64,000 bases of DNA from Reclinomonas americana ATCC 50394 (lineage: Eukaryota). The notes beneath the pieces are model-generated. The model was not told the origin of the DNA, ran no database searches, and saw nothing but the letters and a program-made list of their open reading frames with translations. The translations under genes were made by a program, and so were the position numbers. Below are positions 13,327 to 27,099 of this stretch, one piece after another. The DNA is taken from the NCBI GenBank assembly GCA_048213135.1, contig PS015061.1:240628-304627 (forward strand), read 5' to 3'. Within the stretch, counting starts at the first letter, position 1; the number at the start of each line of letters is the position of its first letter.

Positions 13327-16221
13327 ATGGCAGCATCCCATCCAGTGGGCGTTCCACTGCCACCAGCACCACCACAAATACCATCGCTGCCATCCATGGC
13401 CAGCCCGCCTCAGCAGCAAGCACCGCCGATCAGTGTCACGCACTCGTCGTCCTCGTCTTCCGCTGCACCACCCGCATCCAACCCCGCCACTGCCGCTGCC
13501 TCGGCCGCTGCAGCCGCTGCAGCCGCCGCAGCCGCCGCCGCCTCGTCGGTGGTCACTCCCACCTCAGCGTTAACTGCGGCCCCGACCATCTCCGTGCTCG
13601 TTGTCGTCTCCTCCTCGCGTGGCCAGCAAGTCGTGCTGCAGTATCCGCCACCACAGGAACCGGCGAGTGGCACCGCCGCAGATGCCGGCACTGCCTCGTC
13701 TGCCTCTGTGCCTGCCAACTCGGCGTCCGCCACCGTCACCGCCGCTGCGTCTGCGACACCCACACCACCTCCGCAACAACAGGCTCCTGCTGCTCCTCCT
13801 CCGCCCCTCACACTCGGGAACGGTGGAGGCGCTGCGTCGGCGGGAGAAGGCGCAGGCGATGGTGATGGTCTGTCTCGCTGCTCTTGTCTGTGTGTGTGTG
13901 TGTGTGCGTGCATCTCTCATCTGTGAGCAGATCATCTGCGCGGACGACGGCATGCTCGACATGCGACGACGGGCTCGAGCTCGCTGCCGTCGGCCTCTGC
14001 TGCGCCGCTGTTGCTGGGCACGGGTGGAGGACCACCGCCGCGGAGAGCCATGCCGGTGACAGTCGATGTTGCGTTGCCCGTGTGGTGTTGTTATTGGTGC
14101 AATCGTCGACTGATCGGCATGTATGTGTGCGTGTGGCAGTCGCCTCTGCCTCAGGACGACGTGCCTGGTGCGTGGTTGGACTCGTCCATGTCACCCAGTC
14201 CATCGCCGTCGCCGGGTGCCTCGCCACTGGTGCCGTCCACGCCCGGCCGAGCCACTGGCTCCTCCCTGTCGCAGAATTCATCGCTCCCACCGCCTTCATC
14301 GACGGCGGCCTCGTCGGCGTCGGCTGTCACCGCTGCAGCCAGCGCCGGTGGTGCGGTGGCAGGTGCTGCCTCGTCTTCTGTGGCGCCTTCGACGTCGTCG
14401 CGACCTGTTAATCTGTCGGCTGTTGCGTGTGGACAGCGAAGGATGTGTTTGTGCGTTGTGCGCTGATTGTCGTGCGCTGCAGACGTCGTTGGACTTGATC
14501 TTTGGCTTGCCTTCGTCGGCCATGTCTGGTCTCCTGTGTCCATCCAAGTCCGCTCTCCTGATGGGCCAGTCGGGGGGCGCTCAGCCGCGTGGTCACATGC
14601 TGCGAATGGAATCACTGATCTTTTTCTGCCTGCCGAGCTCGCTGAAACCGGCTCGCAACGCTCCATCGACCGACATTACGCACTACTCGCTCGTGCTGGC
14701 GTTCCCTCTCCGGCAGTCGCGTGTCCTTTCGGCATCGCTGCGTGCCAACACGAGCCCCGTGCGCGAGATTGCCGAGCGCTACACCAACGTACTCACCTTG
14801 ATTCGCGAGGCACTGCTGCGAGAGCAGATGCGCTGCAACTTTGTGCTGGAGGAGCTCAAGCTGTTGACCACGATTCACGATTCGCACTCGTCGTGGCCTG
14901 CGGTCGTCGAGCACGCACTGGCCAAGAGCGAGTTGGCGCGCGAGTTGGCCGTTTTCCACCGCGTGAGTACAACTCGTCGACGCACGGCTTGTCTCGTGCG
15001 CCACACTTGCCTGACTTTGCGCGTACGCAGTGCCTGTCGGATTCCAATGCCGTGCATCTCGCCGTGAATAACTGGGTTCCGCTGTCGCTGAGATTACCGC
15101 GGCCACTTGATTTCGGTCCACCACGGCCGACTGTCGTGCATGGCGATGGCGGTCTTCACGGCGTGCAGCCACACCTGGCGGTGCTGCTGGAGGACGGTGC
15201 CGCGGAGTTCATGGCGCAGCTCAAGTGCTGCACGCCGATTGTGAAGAAGCTGGTGTCGACTCTGATTCCCTTTCGCACCCTGCAAGAGGTTTGGCACTGA
15301 GCTCATCCTCGTGCTCGTGCGAGTTGAACGGGGGAGCACTCAACTAGGTTGGCGCACACAGCTGGCGACCGAGAACGAGACCAGCGTGGACACCATGTGC
15401 GCTCTCGCTGCACATTTGCGGTACTGGGGACTGGCGCGTCTGTTGACTCGAGTGTCGCGCAACACGCGGTTCCGAGTGGACGGATCGGCGTATGGCGGTG
15501 AAGTGTATCGCATGTTGCACGCGGAGCGTGAACCTGGCGAGGTTGGTGTCGCAGTCGTGGCACTTCTTCCTCTCCCCCTGTTGACGCTGATCCACTCGAT
15601 GTGAGCAGTTTCAGCGGCGATTCTCACGCCTCAACTGGCCGCTCAGTCGCACGCTGCAGCGCTTCTCGGTGACCACGCACTGGATCTTTCACGATCTCTC
15701 GCTCGAACAATTCAACGAGCTGCAAGAGGTGATGTGGTGGCCTCCCTCATCTCTTTTACGTATATGCGTGTGTGCGTCGCTCACTCCTGTTTGCACTCGC
15801 GTGGCAGGCGGTCGTGTGGCTGCTCCAGCGACAGCTGATTCGCCCGGTGTACCGCTACGTGCAGATGCTGTCGAACGACGACGACGACGACATGGACGAC
15901 CATCAGCACGACCCGTACATGCACGTACACCACCACCACCATCACCACCATCACCATCGTCAACGGCACCACCACCACCATCATCACCACCACCATCACG
16001 AGCACCATCATCGACAACGACCACATTTTCATGCACGACCACCTCGGGACTTCCAGCAAGTTGCCGACGCCGATGCCGAGACCTTCCTGCGCCTCAAGCC
16101 GTTCTTCACGGGCGAGTACTCCGTGGACGACATCCTGGCGCAGGTGCATCTGTCGCCAGACGACTTTGAGCGCATCCTCGACACCTATCGCGACCTGCTC
16201 GTGCAGTACGACTTGCAGTGA
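13327..16221 (+). CDS. NPRL3: GATOR1 subunit NPRL3/Npr3 with low-complexity inserts and a poly-His tract
   Basis: ISVLVVVSSSRGQQVVLQYPP (longin start), ALLREQMRCNFVLEE, KSELARELA, VHLAVNNWV, LAAHLRYWGLAR, VVWLLQRQLI and FLRLKPFFTGEYSVDDI. Confidence 0.85.
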
Positions 16222-16764
16222 ACTTGCTTCTCATTCAATCACGTCGTCGAAGAATGTGGGGAATCCTGTCGCGTGTTTTGTGTGTGAGTGAAAGGGAGAG
16301 AGGGCAGACAGAGGCGAGAAGTAGGCAACAAGCGCACCTGTGGTCGTCACACCCTCGCCGAGCATGCGCACTTGCGTGCGAAACGATCTGCGCACAAAAG
16401 GGAATGAGTGATCTCATCAATGCACTCACAGTGAAGGATGCCTGCGTGACTCAACCTCTCCACTGCACGCTGTGGATTGGCAATGAGCGACACTGCTGGT
16501 GGGCGCACAAGTTGCGTGCTGCACACACATACACACACGCGCGTGGGTGATCACCAAACAGCTATGTGAAGAGAGAGAGAGAGAGACAACTCACGTGTGT
16601 GGAAGAGGACCGGCCACCACTTGCTTCCACCAGCTCCACGCAAACACAGCACTGATGAGCGTCCACAACAGACCACTGCTCACATCAATCTTCATCCCTC
16701 GCGCAGACAGACACACAAGTTGTCGATTGATTCATTGAATAGATGTGATGACGCGCTGCTGTGC

Positions 16765-19283
16765 TCAGACGGCGGCCTTCGAGGAGACATCGGTGCGACA
16801 CCGCCGGTGCTCATCAATGAGCTTCTGACCGCGACGGCCGAACGCTGGGATGTAGACCTTGCCGGTGACGCTGTGTGGCAGCGTGAACGAGCTGGAGCCG
16901 GCCTGTGGGCGCATGTGCCCACGCAGCAGCGCCTTCAGGGTCGACGACAGGTGGTGTGTGGCATCGGTGGCGGGACGATCGGCATCCGAGGCCGACGACT
17001 CGTCATCCTCCAGAGAGCCCTTGCCCGCCAGCTTTTTCCTGCGCGTGTCGGGAGGGGGTGAGCGGCGAGGAGCAGGTGAGAGATGGAAAAAGTATAGCAG
17101 TGAATGAACCTGCGGATCTTTTCGCGCTGCCTGTCGACCTCGGCGGCATCCATACCCGGCTGGAACAGCACGTCGGTGGCCGACGTCGCGCTTGCCTTTT
17201 TCACCTGCAAGCGATCCATCAGTCTGCCTGTCACTGACCACGAGTTCGCGTCAGCAACCGTACCTTGGCAAAATTACGCTGGTTCAGCCGCGCCATGTTG
17301 CGCGCCGCAATGTCGATGCGCTTCTCGTCGTCAACGTTGATGCGCTTCTCAATCTCATCCAGCTGTGCCTCAATCTCGGCCACTGTGCACAACCAACCGA
17401 ATGTCAAGGTGAACAGCATGAATCATGACAGATGGAGGAAGGCAGGCAGCAAGCAGAAAAGGATATCTTGTGCGATTGCCCTGCGACTCGGCCTCCACGA
17501 GCTGACGCTCGAGTTGTGCCTTTTGTGTCACCAAGTCCTCCTTCTGACCACCGAATCGCCGGCGCCTCTCAATCTTCTTGTTGACCTCGGCCTGCACGCC
17601 AAATGATCCAAGTAAAAGATGAGTCGTCGAGAGGGAGAGAGTGAATGCGGTCGGGAAGCGAGGCGACGCAACGGCAGTGAGTGGTCTGGTGGTCTCCGCC
17701 TTGATGTGATTCACCTTCTTCTCCACATCGCTCTCGCTCGGGACGCGACCGTCGGACCGCACATGCGAGAGCCAGAAGCTGAACTCACTCTGCGCACGAC
17801 CATGAGCAGGGAGACGACGAACACAGCAGAGCAATTTGACAGCGCACATCGGTGAACGGCGCATTGGAGAGCTGGTCCAGGCGAAACTCCTTGACGTCGG
17901 CAATACGCAGCGCCAGCTTGCGGTTCGTGTACACCACCGATCCACTCGACGCATTCAGCTTGTACGTGGTCTCCTTTTCTCTCACCTCTGCACGCGCATC
18001 GTGAGCTCGGGGGTGAGGAACAATGCACTCGATCAAGTCTGCTCACCGTCGACCACACACAGACGATACACACGCTTGCCGGCGTTCTCGCCGATAATCA
18101 CACGGACCACACAACCGGGGATCACCAGCGGCGCCCACGGCTCCTCAATCCACGCCTCAACCTGAGAGCGCGTGAGGAACAGGCGTTCCACTCGACGACG
18201 AATCACCTCGTCGGGCTGCCGGCGGGCACGGAGAGTGAGCGTACGCCACACGCATGAACAATATCAACAACAAAAGCACAGCAGACCTCGTACGCCTGCT
18301 GATCGTGCGCCTCTCCATCGTGGTAATCGACCTCCATGCGTGCAGCAGGCGCGGGTCGTGCCGACGAGCGGGAAGAGGACTGCACGCATCGTGAGCACTC
18401 TTTTTGATGAAGGCCCAACCACAATCCACAGACACACCTTGCGACCAACATACTCGTCCTCCTCGTCGGCCACCTCCTCGTCGGGCTCATCCGCTCGCAT
18501 ACGCGAATAGTCCTCCTCGTCCTCATCGTACTCAATCACCGTCGCCGTCTTGCGTCGCTTTCGCTCCGCCGCGGCCTTGGCGCGATCCTTCTTCTTGCGC
18601 TCCTCGTCACGTTGCTTCCCTGCACACCACACCACCCTCAGTGCCACAGTGGGCAAACACGCTCAAGTCAGACACACGTCGCAACTCCTCGCAATCTTGT
18701 CGCGATACTTGTTCTCATGCTGCTGCTTCCGGCGCTGATACTGCTCCCGCAGACGATCCAGCTCGTCGAAACGATCAAGAAGGATCTCTTCGCGCTCGAG
18801 CTCACTCATGTGCAACAGACTGCACGCACAGAAACAAACGTCAGTCTCTCACTGAGAACGAGCGCGCGTTTTCACACACACTCACCGATTGCGATCTGCA
18901 TCGTCAATGAAACCGTCGCGATCGTACGGCGGCACAAACTCCTCCAGCTCGCTCATGTCAGACTCGCTGAGAGAGCAAGAAGAGAGTGAGCGAGTGAGCG
19001 AGTGTCAACTCTGACAAAGACAACTTGCTGACCTCTGCTCTCCATCCTCTGCATCGTCGTCCTCGCGAGGTCGCTATAGGCACGCACAGAGGCATGTGTG
19101 AGAGTGAGAGAGAGAGACAGAGAGAGTGGCATGCAACAGACAGACAAGCGCGCGCACCTTGCGTGACTTGGCCGCCGCCGGCTGCACAACATATGCTCAG
19201 TCTGTGCACAGGCACGAGACCAGAGACAGCACACACACCTTGTCAAACATGCTTTCGACTGCATCGAGCCACTCTTCGTCCAT
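16765..19283 (-). CDS. RTF1: PAF1 complex subunit RTF1 (Plus3 domain)
   Basis: N-terminal segment MSELEREEILLDR. Plus3 domain LTRSQVEAWIEEPW..IPGCVVRVIIGENAGKRVYRLCVV..EFRLDQLSNAPFT..EFSFW. Followed by a coiled coil and ARLNQRN. Confidence 0.85.
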
Positions 19284-19622
19284 GGTTGCAAACACTGTGT
19301 GTTTCATTGATTGGGCGTCTGCACTTTTATTTCATCTCGTTGCTTGCGACTTCTGCGCAAAAGTTCCTCTCTCTCTCCCGCCACATTGAGCGTGCGTGAG
19401 AAGAGCACAGAGCAGCGCGCTCATGTCGGCACCAGCTGTTGCGTCTTGCGTTTTGTGTGCAATGTCGCGCTTACTTTTGCCTCACTCTCACTCTCTTGTT
19501 CCTCTGCACGCGCGTGTTAGGGACGTGATGGTATTGCGTGTGTGCATGCATGTGTGTGTGTGTGCGTGTGTGTTCTGTCTCATTGTGTGTGCGCGCGCAC
19601 AGGGAATCGCCATGAAGATCGG

Positions 19623-21164
19623 ATGATGCGAAAGCGGTCGTCGCCGCCTCGTCACGCGGCACCGAGCACTGAGGAGCCGCCACGCAAGCGACGTGCAGGG
19701 TATGTGTGCACCCCTCCTCCCTCCTCTCTCTCTCTCTCTCTCCCCTTTACACATTGTTCATTGGATTTCCGTGGCAGTGGCGACGAGATGGTGAGCAAGC
19801 CATCTGCTTCTTCGGCGGCGGCAGCGGCAGCAGCAGTGACGGGCAGCACGTATCGTGAGGCGTGTGAGTTGGCCATGCAGGCGCTGCGCGTGCAAGGGCC
19901 TGATGATCTGGTGAAAGTGGTGCGACGCATGCAGCGAGACAACGCTGCGCGGGATCGCCGTGTGCGGCGGCTGACGGCGGAACTGATGGTTCGTCGGCAG
20001 CGGAGTACGTGGTTGCGGGCGAGAGAGACGCGACAGCTGTCGCTGGATCCGCTGGTGTCGCAGGCGTTTACGCGGTTACGGGCCAAGCACGATGAGCTGC
20101 AGAAGGAGCTGACGGCCTCGCGAGAGGAGCTGGAGGTGGCCAAGGTGGACTGGCAGAATTATGCGGCCAACGCCACTGGCATGCGTCTGGTGGCCAAGCT
20201 GCAGGCGGTGCGGGCGGAGAACAAGGAGCTGGGCGACCAGTTGAAGGCGACCGAGGCGCGTCTCAAGGAGGAGCTGGCGCTGCAGAAGCTGTTGGCGGAA
20301 CAGCTGCGTGATTCGCTGGCCGAGTCTCACGAATACGTGTTCCAGTTGGATGAAGAGGTGCGCACGATGGACGCCACCATCGCATTGCTTCGTCGACAGC
20401 TGCGCGACACACGCCAGCAGCTCCGTGCGCACCAGCAGGGAGGCCACGTGGTGACGGCAGATGACGGCGAGAAGGCGCCCAGCACTACCGCCACGAGTGC
20501 CACCACCACCACCACTGCCACGACCCCCACCTCTGCCGCTGCGGGCGAGGCGGCTGGTGAATCACAGTCACCAATGGCACCGGTGGTTGTGGTTGAGCAG
20601 GCTGTCAGTGAACGGTTTGAGGTCGCAGACGAGGACGAGGAGATGGAGGAGCAGCAACAGCAGCGTCAACAAAATCTGCTGCAGCATTTCGACATTCACG
20701 CACACGGTGGCATTACGCCTGACTTGGACGACGATGCGGAAGAGGGGGACAACGAGGACGGCGAAGAGGGTTCGTTCCCGCCGCCGGAGGCGCCGCACCG
20801 TGAACGACGTGACGAGTCCGAGAGACCGTATTACGCCAACGTAGACGACGAAGATAACGATGGAGGTAATGGTGGTGATGACGACGACGACGACGATGAC
20901 GACGGTGGGGACCAAGCGATGATGGAGGGCGAGCAAGCAGAGGATGATGAACTGGCCGACTTTGATCAGCCAGAGACGGGCGATCTGGACGACGAGGTGG
21001 GAGCGGCGTATGGCGCACCCGACGTGCACTTCCGCGACCGCGAGGAGTACCAGACGCACGACTACGACGACGAGGAAGATGCTGGCGTCGATCCCGACTT
21101 TATCGCCGACGACGAGGGCAAGCCACCGTCACCGTCGCCCGTAGAAAACGACAATCAAGAGTAG
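19623..21164 (+). CDS. WTAP: WTAP/FIP37/Mum2 m6A methyltransferase adaptor with a long acidic tail; probably one intron (~19700-19777)
   Basis: LDPLVSQAFTRLR..REELEVAK..TGMRLVAKLQAVRAENKELGDQL..ELALQK..EYVFQLDEEVRTMDATI matches the WTAP coiled-coil signature. Confidence 0.82.
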   Translation: MMRKRSSPPRHAAPSTEEPPRKRRAGYVCTPPPSSLSLSLPFTHCSLDFRGSGDEMVSKPSASSAAAAAAAVTGSTYREACELAMQALRVQGPDDLVKVVRRMQRDNAARDRRVRRLTAELMVRRQRSTWLRARETRQLSLDPLVSQAFTRLRAKHDELQKELTASREELEVAKVDWQNYAANATGMRLVAKLQAVRAENKELGDQLKATEARLKEELALQKLLAEQLRDSLAESHEYVFQLDEEVRTMDATIALLRRQLRDTRQQLRAHQQGGHVVTADDGEKAPSTTATSATTTTTATTPTSAAAGEAAGESQSPMAPVVVVEQAVSERFEVADEDEEMEEQQQQRQQNLLQHFDIHAHGGITPDLDDDAEEGDNEDGEEGSFPPPEAPHRERRDESERPYYANVDDEDNDGGNGGDDDDDDDDDGGDQAMMEGEQAEDDELADFDQPETGDLDDEVGAAYGAPDVHFRDREEYQTHDYDDEEDAGVDPDFIADDEGKPPSPSPVENDNQE

Positions 21165-21181
21165 ATGTATAGTAAACAAAA

Positions 21182-21193
21182 TTTGGCGCCAAA
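21182..21193. promoter_or_regulatory. Palindromic E2F-like element TTTGGCGCCAAA upstream of WRAP73
   Basis: Perfect 12-bp palindrome matching TTTSSCGC on both strands, in the 70-bp gap between the WTAP stop and the WRAP73 ATG. Confidence 0.45.
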
Positions 21194-21234
21194 AATCTCA
21201 TCATCGCTGCGTCTTTCGATCCGTCTTTCTGCGC

Positions 21235-23292
21235 ATGGAGCTCAGCTTCTCTGACGCCGTCGCCGGCGGCAGTGACACGTGTGCTGTGTCACCCGATGGC
21301 AAGTTCATCGCCGCCTGCGCCAAGTACAAGCTGATTGTGCGCGATGTCGACAAGCTGGAGGTGTGTTTGCACTGTGGGAGAGAGCGAGGGAGAGAGACTG
21401 ACACACTCTGCATGCCCGCAGATCATTGCACTGTGGCAGTGCGACGACGCCATTCGGCGACTGGAGTGGTCGTGCGACTCCAAGTACATTCTGTGTGGCC
21501 AGTACAAGCGCGGTCTTGTGCAGGTGAAGACAGTCACTCTCTCACACACTCATACCGCCCTGCTGGCCTCACTCACTCACATGTGCACAGGTGTTCTCAC
21601 TGGAGGATCCCACATGGAACTGCCGCATCGATGAGGGACCAGCGGGTCTCACGCACTCACGATGGAGCCCTGATGGACGTCACATTCTCAACGTTGCAGA
21701 CTTCCAGGTGTGCATACACTGCGGGTGAGACTGTGCGTATGTGCATGAGTGAGTGCTCACGCGACGCACAGTTGCGAGTCAGCGTGTGGAGTCTCCTGGA
21801 CAAGTCGGTGCGATACATTCAGTATCCCAAGTTCTCTTCGCACGGTGCGTGTGTGCCTCGAAGACTAGATGGGAGACAGCCAGTGAGTGTGTTGGTGGTG
21901 AGAGAAGTGTTGATCTCGTGTGCCACAGGTCTCGATTTCTCACCCAATGGCGAGTACATGGCGCTTGCCAAGCGACAAGACTGCAAGGATTTCGTCGGTA
22001 TCGTGTCGACAAAGACGTGGGATGTGGTCAACGTTGCGCGTTCTTGGTGTGGGCGCGCGCGCGCGTTGTAGTGGTCAGCTCTCTCACCGCGTAGCCACAG
22101 ACATTCAATGTCGAGACGCGTGACCTGGCCGACTTGCGATGGAGCCCCGACGGTTCTTCGATTTGCGTGTGGGACACAGTGCTGGAGTATCGCATTCTGG
22201 TGTACTTGATGAATGGAACGCGTGTGGCGCGCTATGCGGCCTACGAGGATGCGCTGGGCATCAAGAACATTGCGTGGAGTCCGTCACTGAAGTTGCTGGC
22301 GATCGGCAGCTACGACCACAAGGTGCGCAAATCCCATCGTCGCCCCGCCCGTTCGTGTCTGCCTGGACTGACGTGTGTTTGTGTGTGTTGTTTCCAGATT
22401 CGCGTGCTTAACAACGTCTCATGGAAGCCGCTGGCAGAACTGGAGCACACTCCGACGGCGGTGCCCTCAACTGCAGTTGGGCGCCACACATATACTTATG
22501 TATGTCTGGGTGTGTGTGCTTACTCTCGTGCCCTGTCGCAGATGATTTTCCGTGAGCAAGAAAGAGCTGCACCCCCGGAGAGCGCATTCCTCGCCGGTGA
22601 CGCGCCGGAGTCTTCGGCTCCGACAACAAGCACGGAATGTTTGTGTGCACCACTACTTGCCCGACAAAAAATACCGAATGCTTGCTATTGTTGACGATTC
22701 CTCCTGTGCAGACGTCATTGATTCCTCGCCAGCTGCGCTGCGGCTCCGGGAGGTGCAGGCCGACAAGGTGTTGTCGCGCCTTGGTGTCGGTACTCTGTTG
22801 TGGAGCCCAGACGCCCGCTTGCTGTGCGCCAGAAACGGTTTGCACGTTTGTATGGGGGTGCTCGATATTGGGGTACTCAACAGCGAGCTGTTCGCGAACG
22901 CAGACAACATGCCTGAAGCTGTCTGGGTGTGGGATATGACCACACTCACACTGCTGGCGGTGCTCGTTCACTTGGCGCCAGTGAGGAGCATGTCATGGGA
23001 CCCCATCGCTCGAGAGGGTCGCCACCGCCTTGCGCTGTGTGCCGGCGGACCGCGTGTGTACCTGTGGACCGAGGAAGCGGCGACATGCGTCGACCTGCCC
23101 GAGAGTTGCGTTTGTGTGCCACGTGTATGCACGGTAGCTGAAAGCGGCGATCATCTAATCGCATCGCATGTGTGCTGCTTGCGGCGAGCAGCTTCCATCA
23201 GTGCACAGGAAGTGGCGTGGGGTCCGGACGGTCGCCATTTTTCCATTGCAGATCGCGAACGATTCTGCCTGTGTTACACAGACGGCTCGTGA
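21235..23292 (+). CDS. WRAP73: WD repeat protein WRAP73/WDR8 (centriolar); about 11 exons
   Basis: [102 protein letters not shown] and [10 protein letters not shown]. Confidence 0.92.
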
Positions 23293-23490
23293 GACCCGCT
23301 GGTGCGTGTGATGGCTTCTTCAGTGTAAAAGTTGCGCCGGTTTGAGTGATACAGGTTCTTGGAATTTTCTCGGCGGAGTTTGTTCGACTTTGCAGACTGC
23401 GCTGTGAGCGAAAGCCACGTGCCAACAAGTTGTAGTGTTTCGTCGTTAGGCAGTGCTGTGTGAGAGAGAGGGGGGGAACGTGCCGAAGAG

Positions 23491-26400
23491 ATGAGCAGGC
23501 AGGTCGACGCGTTGGTGATGCCACATTCCGACAATCCGCCGGTGTCACCCGAGCACTGCGTGCTGGAGGCTGAGGTAGAGAAGCAGCAAGACGAGTCCGA
23601 TGACGAGGTTGAGCGGCCGATGAGCATGGTGTCTATGCTGATCAGTGCGGCACTGGCGAGTGCGATGCGCGCATCTTCGGAGAGTCAGCTGCCGACATTG
23701 GTCGTCACGAACAGAGGGGCTTATGTCGGTATCAATCGAGCCTTCCGAGGTGCGTTTGTGTGGTTATGTCTGTGGGGTGTGGTGGGGGTTGAGTGGTCGA
23801 GAGTGTGTGTGAGAGTGAGAGAGCGCGATTGGCACAGCGAATTTGAAAAGCGCACTCGTGGAATGCCTGTTCAGGAAGCAGGGTGTTTGAGAGCAAGCAC
23901 TCGGTGTTTGTGCATGGCTATAGAAGAAGAAGAAGAAGAGAAGTACGATAGAGGGAGCAGGGGGCGTGCGAAGGCACTTCGTTCCGGCGCGAAGAAGATT
24001 CGACCTTGATCGTTCCTGGACACAGCTAACGGTTGGTTCGCTTTTTGCAGATGAGCTTTTGGCTACGGACGAGACGACAGTCACGCAGCGCTGGCAGGGG
24101 TATGGGTGGATAACTAACCTGCTGTTGCACACCGGCGGCCTTGCGCCTCCTGCTCGGTTGGTGCCAATGTGTATTGGACGGCAGCATCTCACCAGCAGTA
24201 GTTGCCTAATTTTTATCTCATGCTCTCACAAGGTCACCGACGTGGGAACTGCTACGTCATGTGGCACGTCTTGCCGCCTGCAGTGGGTCTGAAGACAGGG
24301 CCATCGGCCTCGCTGAAGCGCTTGGCTTCCGTGGTGTGTGCGTTGCCAACTCGTCGAACGGCGGTATTATTCCGTGCCGAGTCACACTTTACCCGCTGCG
24401 GCTGTCGCCGCCCGGTCTTGCCCGAGCAAACTTGGCCAGTTGCGAGGCCACGCCATTCTGCGGTCTCTACTTCGTCGTCTAAGTGTGTATGTGCGTGCGC
24501 GCAGAATGTGCCGACGATTGTGCGGCGGAACTCGCATTTGCGGCTGAAAGTTCTGGAGACGACGAAAGTGTCCACGGTGAATCATCAGCTGGTGAGTTGC
24601 CGGTGACATGTGATTGCGAAAGCACGGTGGAGGTAGCCGGGTTTGTCGTGCTACTGGAGCCTGTGCCGGAAACGCTGGCGTTGTTGGTGCCGGACTGGCG
24701 TGCTGAGATTCAATGGCGACGGGGGGGGAAGTACGCCCCGGTGGATGACGACGGTACGAGTCAACTGCAGTGCTGTGTGTGTACGGCAGACATGATGCAA
24801 AGTTCGTCTCATGGTGTGCTTTGGTGACGCAAGTGCTGACGGATACACACGATCGGATTCAGTCGTGGCTGTTGCGGCGACCGGTTGTTGAGGCCGCCGA
24901 CGAAAGTCGCGTGACCGATTTTCTGTCACTGGTGGCCACGGGCACGGTGGCAGTGGACAGAAAATCGGCGTGGTCCTCCTCGTCACAATCATCGTCAGCG
25001 GCGAAGACTGCGAAGCTTGCAGCACCCCACACGAGTTGCACACAGCAGCACTCTTTGTCGCTGTCTGCTGCTATTTCCGCCGCTAAGTCTGATGTAGCAG
25101 CGGCTTCGGAGGCTGCTTGGATGCGAGCGGAGGACAGGAAGCAGACAGAGTCAAAGACACAGGGGATCGGCGGCGATCCGGGATCACGCGCTTTCGACTT
25201 CCCCCTGATCTCGGCTCTGCCGCTCGACGCGCTCTCCGTGCGTGAAGTGTTGGACACGTGAGTGTTGCATGGATAATCTTCTACTGGTGGTGCTGTCGCA
25301 GTAGCATCACACGTGTGCTGTCTACAGAATCCCCGTTGGAGTGTTTCAGGTGAAACGGCGGCATCCAATGTTCTCATTGTGCTGCTGTTGCTGACCAAGT
25401 TGATGGATGCAGAATTCCCCGGGTGGAGAGTGCGTGTATGTCAACCAGTATCTGTGTGATCTTGTCGGCCGCACTCGCGATCAGCTCATCGGCGTGCGTC
25501 ACCGCGTCAATGCATCTTCCCCTCGTGTCTCGACGTTGATTGCACTGATGATTTTTTGTGTTGCATCTGCAGTGCGAGTGGCACCGCGTTGTTCACCCGG
25601 TGAGTAATGTGTTGTGAATAGCGCGTATTCCTTCACTCACACAACAGCCTTGTTGTTTGGTGTATAGGATGATGTCGAATACGCATTCAAGGTGGGTCCA
25701 GAGAAGCCGCTTCGCTCCTTATTTGCAGCTCACGCGAGGAACATGATTGCAGCGGTGGACGTCGTCGGTTAAAGCCGGCGTGACGCAGGTGTGTGAGAAT
25801 GTCGCTGACGACACAGTTCAAGCCTCGGCCACTCACATTACTGTTGCTGCAGGTCACGTGGAACTACCGATGCACACTTCCGAGTGGGCGAGCGCGTTGG
25901 GTAGTCGTGCGTGCCAAGGCCATCCTCACGGTATGTGCATGGGGTGTCAATGGTTGACGGTGAACGCGGTAAGTGACCCGCTCGATGGCCAATCGCAGGA
26001 CGGTAACCTGCATGGATGGATCGGCACTGTCACCGACGTGTCATCGAATCTGGCCGTGCGCAGCAAACTCGAGCGAAGCCTGCAGATGCACCACACCGTG
26101 AATGACCTGTCGCCAGTTGGTTCGTACCCGCTGTGATTCACAGAGCTCATTCGCGTCTGTGTGCCTAACAGTCACTGCGTGAGTTCGTTAGGCGTGTTTT
26201 TCGCGGAGTTGTCGGGCATGGTAACATTCTGCAACAGGCGGTTCATGGATCTGGCCGCGCGTTGTGGCGAGCCAGTGATAGACGGCGCCATGGGGACATG
26301 GTTCCGCCATCTAGTCGGCTGCTCGGAACATGGCGTTGCCTCTCCCAATGTTGATGCCATTGCGCAGACGTGGGACACTACCGTTTGCCAGGGTGGCAGG

Positions 26401-27027
26401 TGAGATGGAAAGAGCGCAAACGACGAGAGCGCGTGTCGGTGCTGACGGAGTGAGTTCGGCAGATTCGAGATGGAGATCCGACTGCCGGCATCGGATGGCT
26501 CGCAGATATGGATCAACTGCATTGCGGACGCACATCAAGAAGACAATATGATTGTGGTTCGTGTGTGGAGCACGAAAGTGGCCAAGTAAGAGAATCGCAT
26601 CACTCACTCACTCACTCCTATCATCGCGCAGGGCTACGTCGGTATTTTGGTTGATGTGCGTTGCTGCCGACTGCGATAGGCACACGTGGGCGCAGAAAGA
26701 CTCACCCCCGCGACGCAGATTACCGAGATGAAGCGGACGCAGGCGCGTCTGGAACAGATGGTGCTCTCTGAGAAGCGAGCCAGTGCTAGCAAGACGGACT
26801 TCATTGCGGCGGCCTCTCACGAGGTATGCGCGCGTCAGGCCAATATCGCACTCTCAGCCTCTGTACTCCTTACATTCTCTCGTTTACGCAGATTCGAACG
26901 CCACTGAACGGGATGCTTGGCATGCTGCAGTTGCTGACGCTGGAGAACCACGTCTTGCCAGGTGGCAAAGAAGTTGTGTGCACACATGCATCAATTACGT
27001 CTTACAGATTTCCGTTGTTGACTGATG

Positions 27028-27099
<72 letters not shown>

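Noticed and set aside
3528-21164. Functional cluster of chromatin/RNA regulators (SMCHD1-like, RTF1, WTAP)
   Set aside because: They are mixed with unrelated housekeeping genes; adjacency in a compact genome is not evidence of a system.
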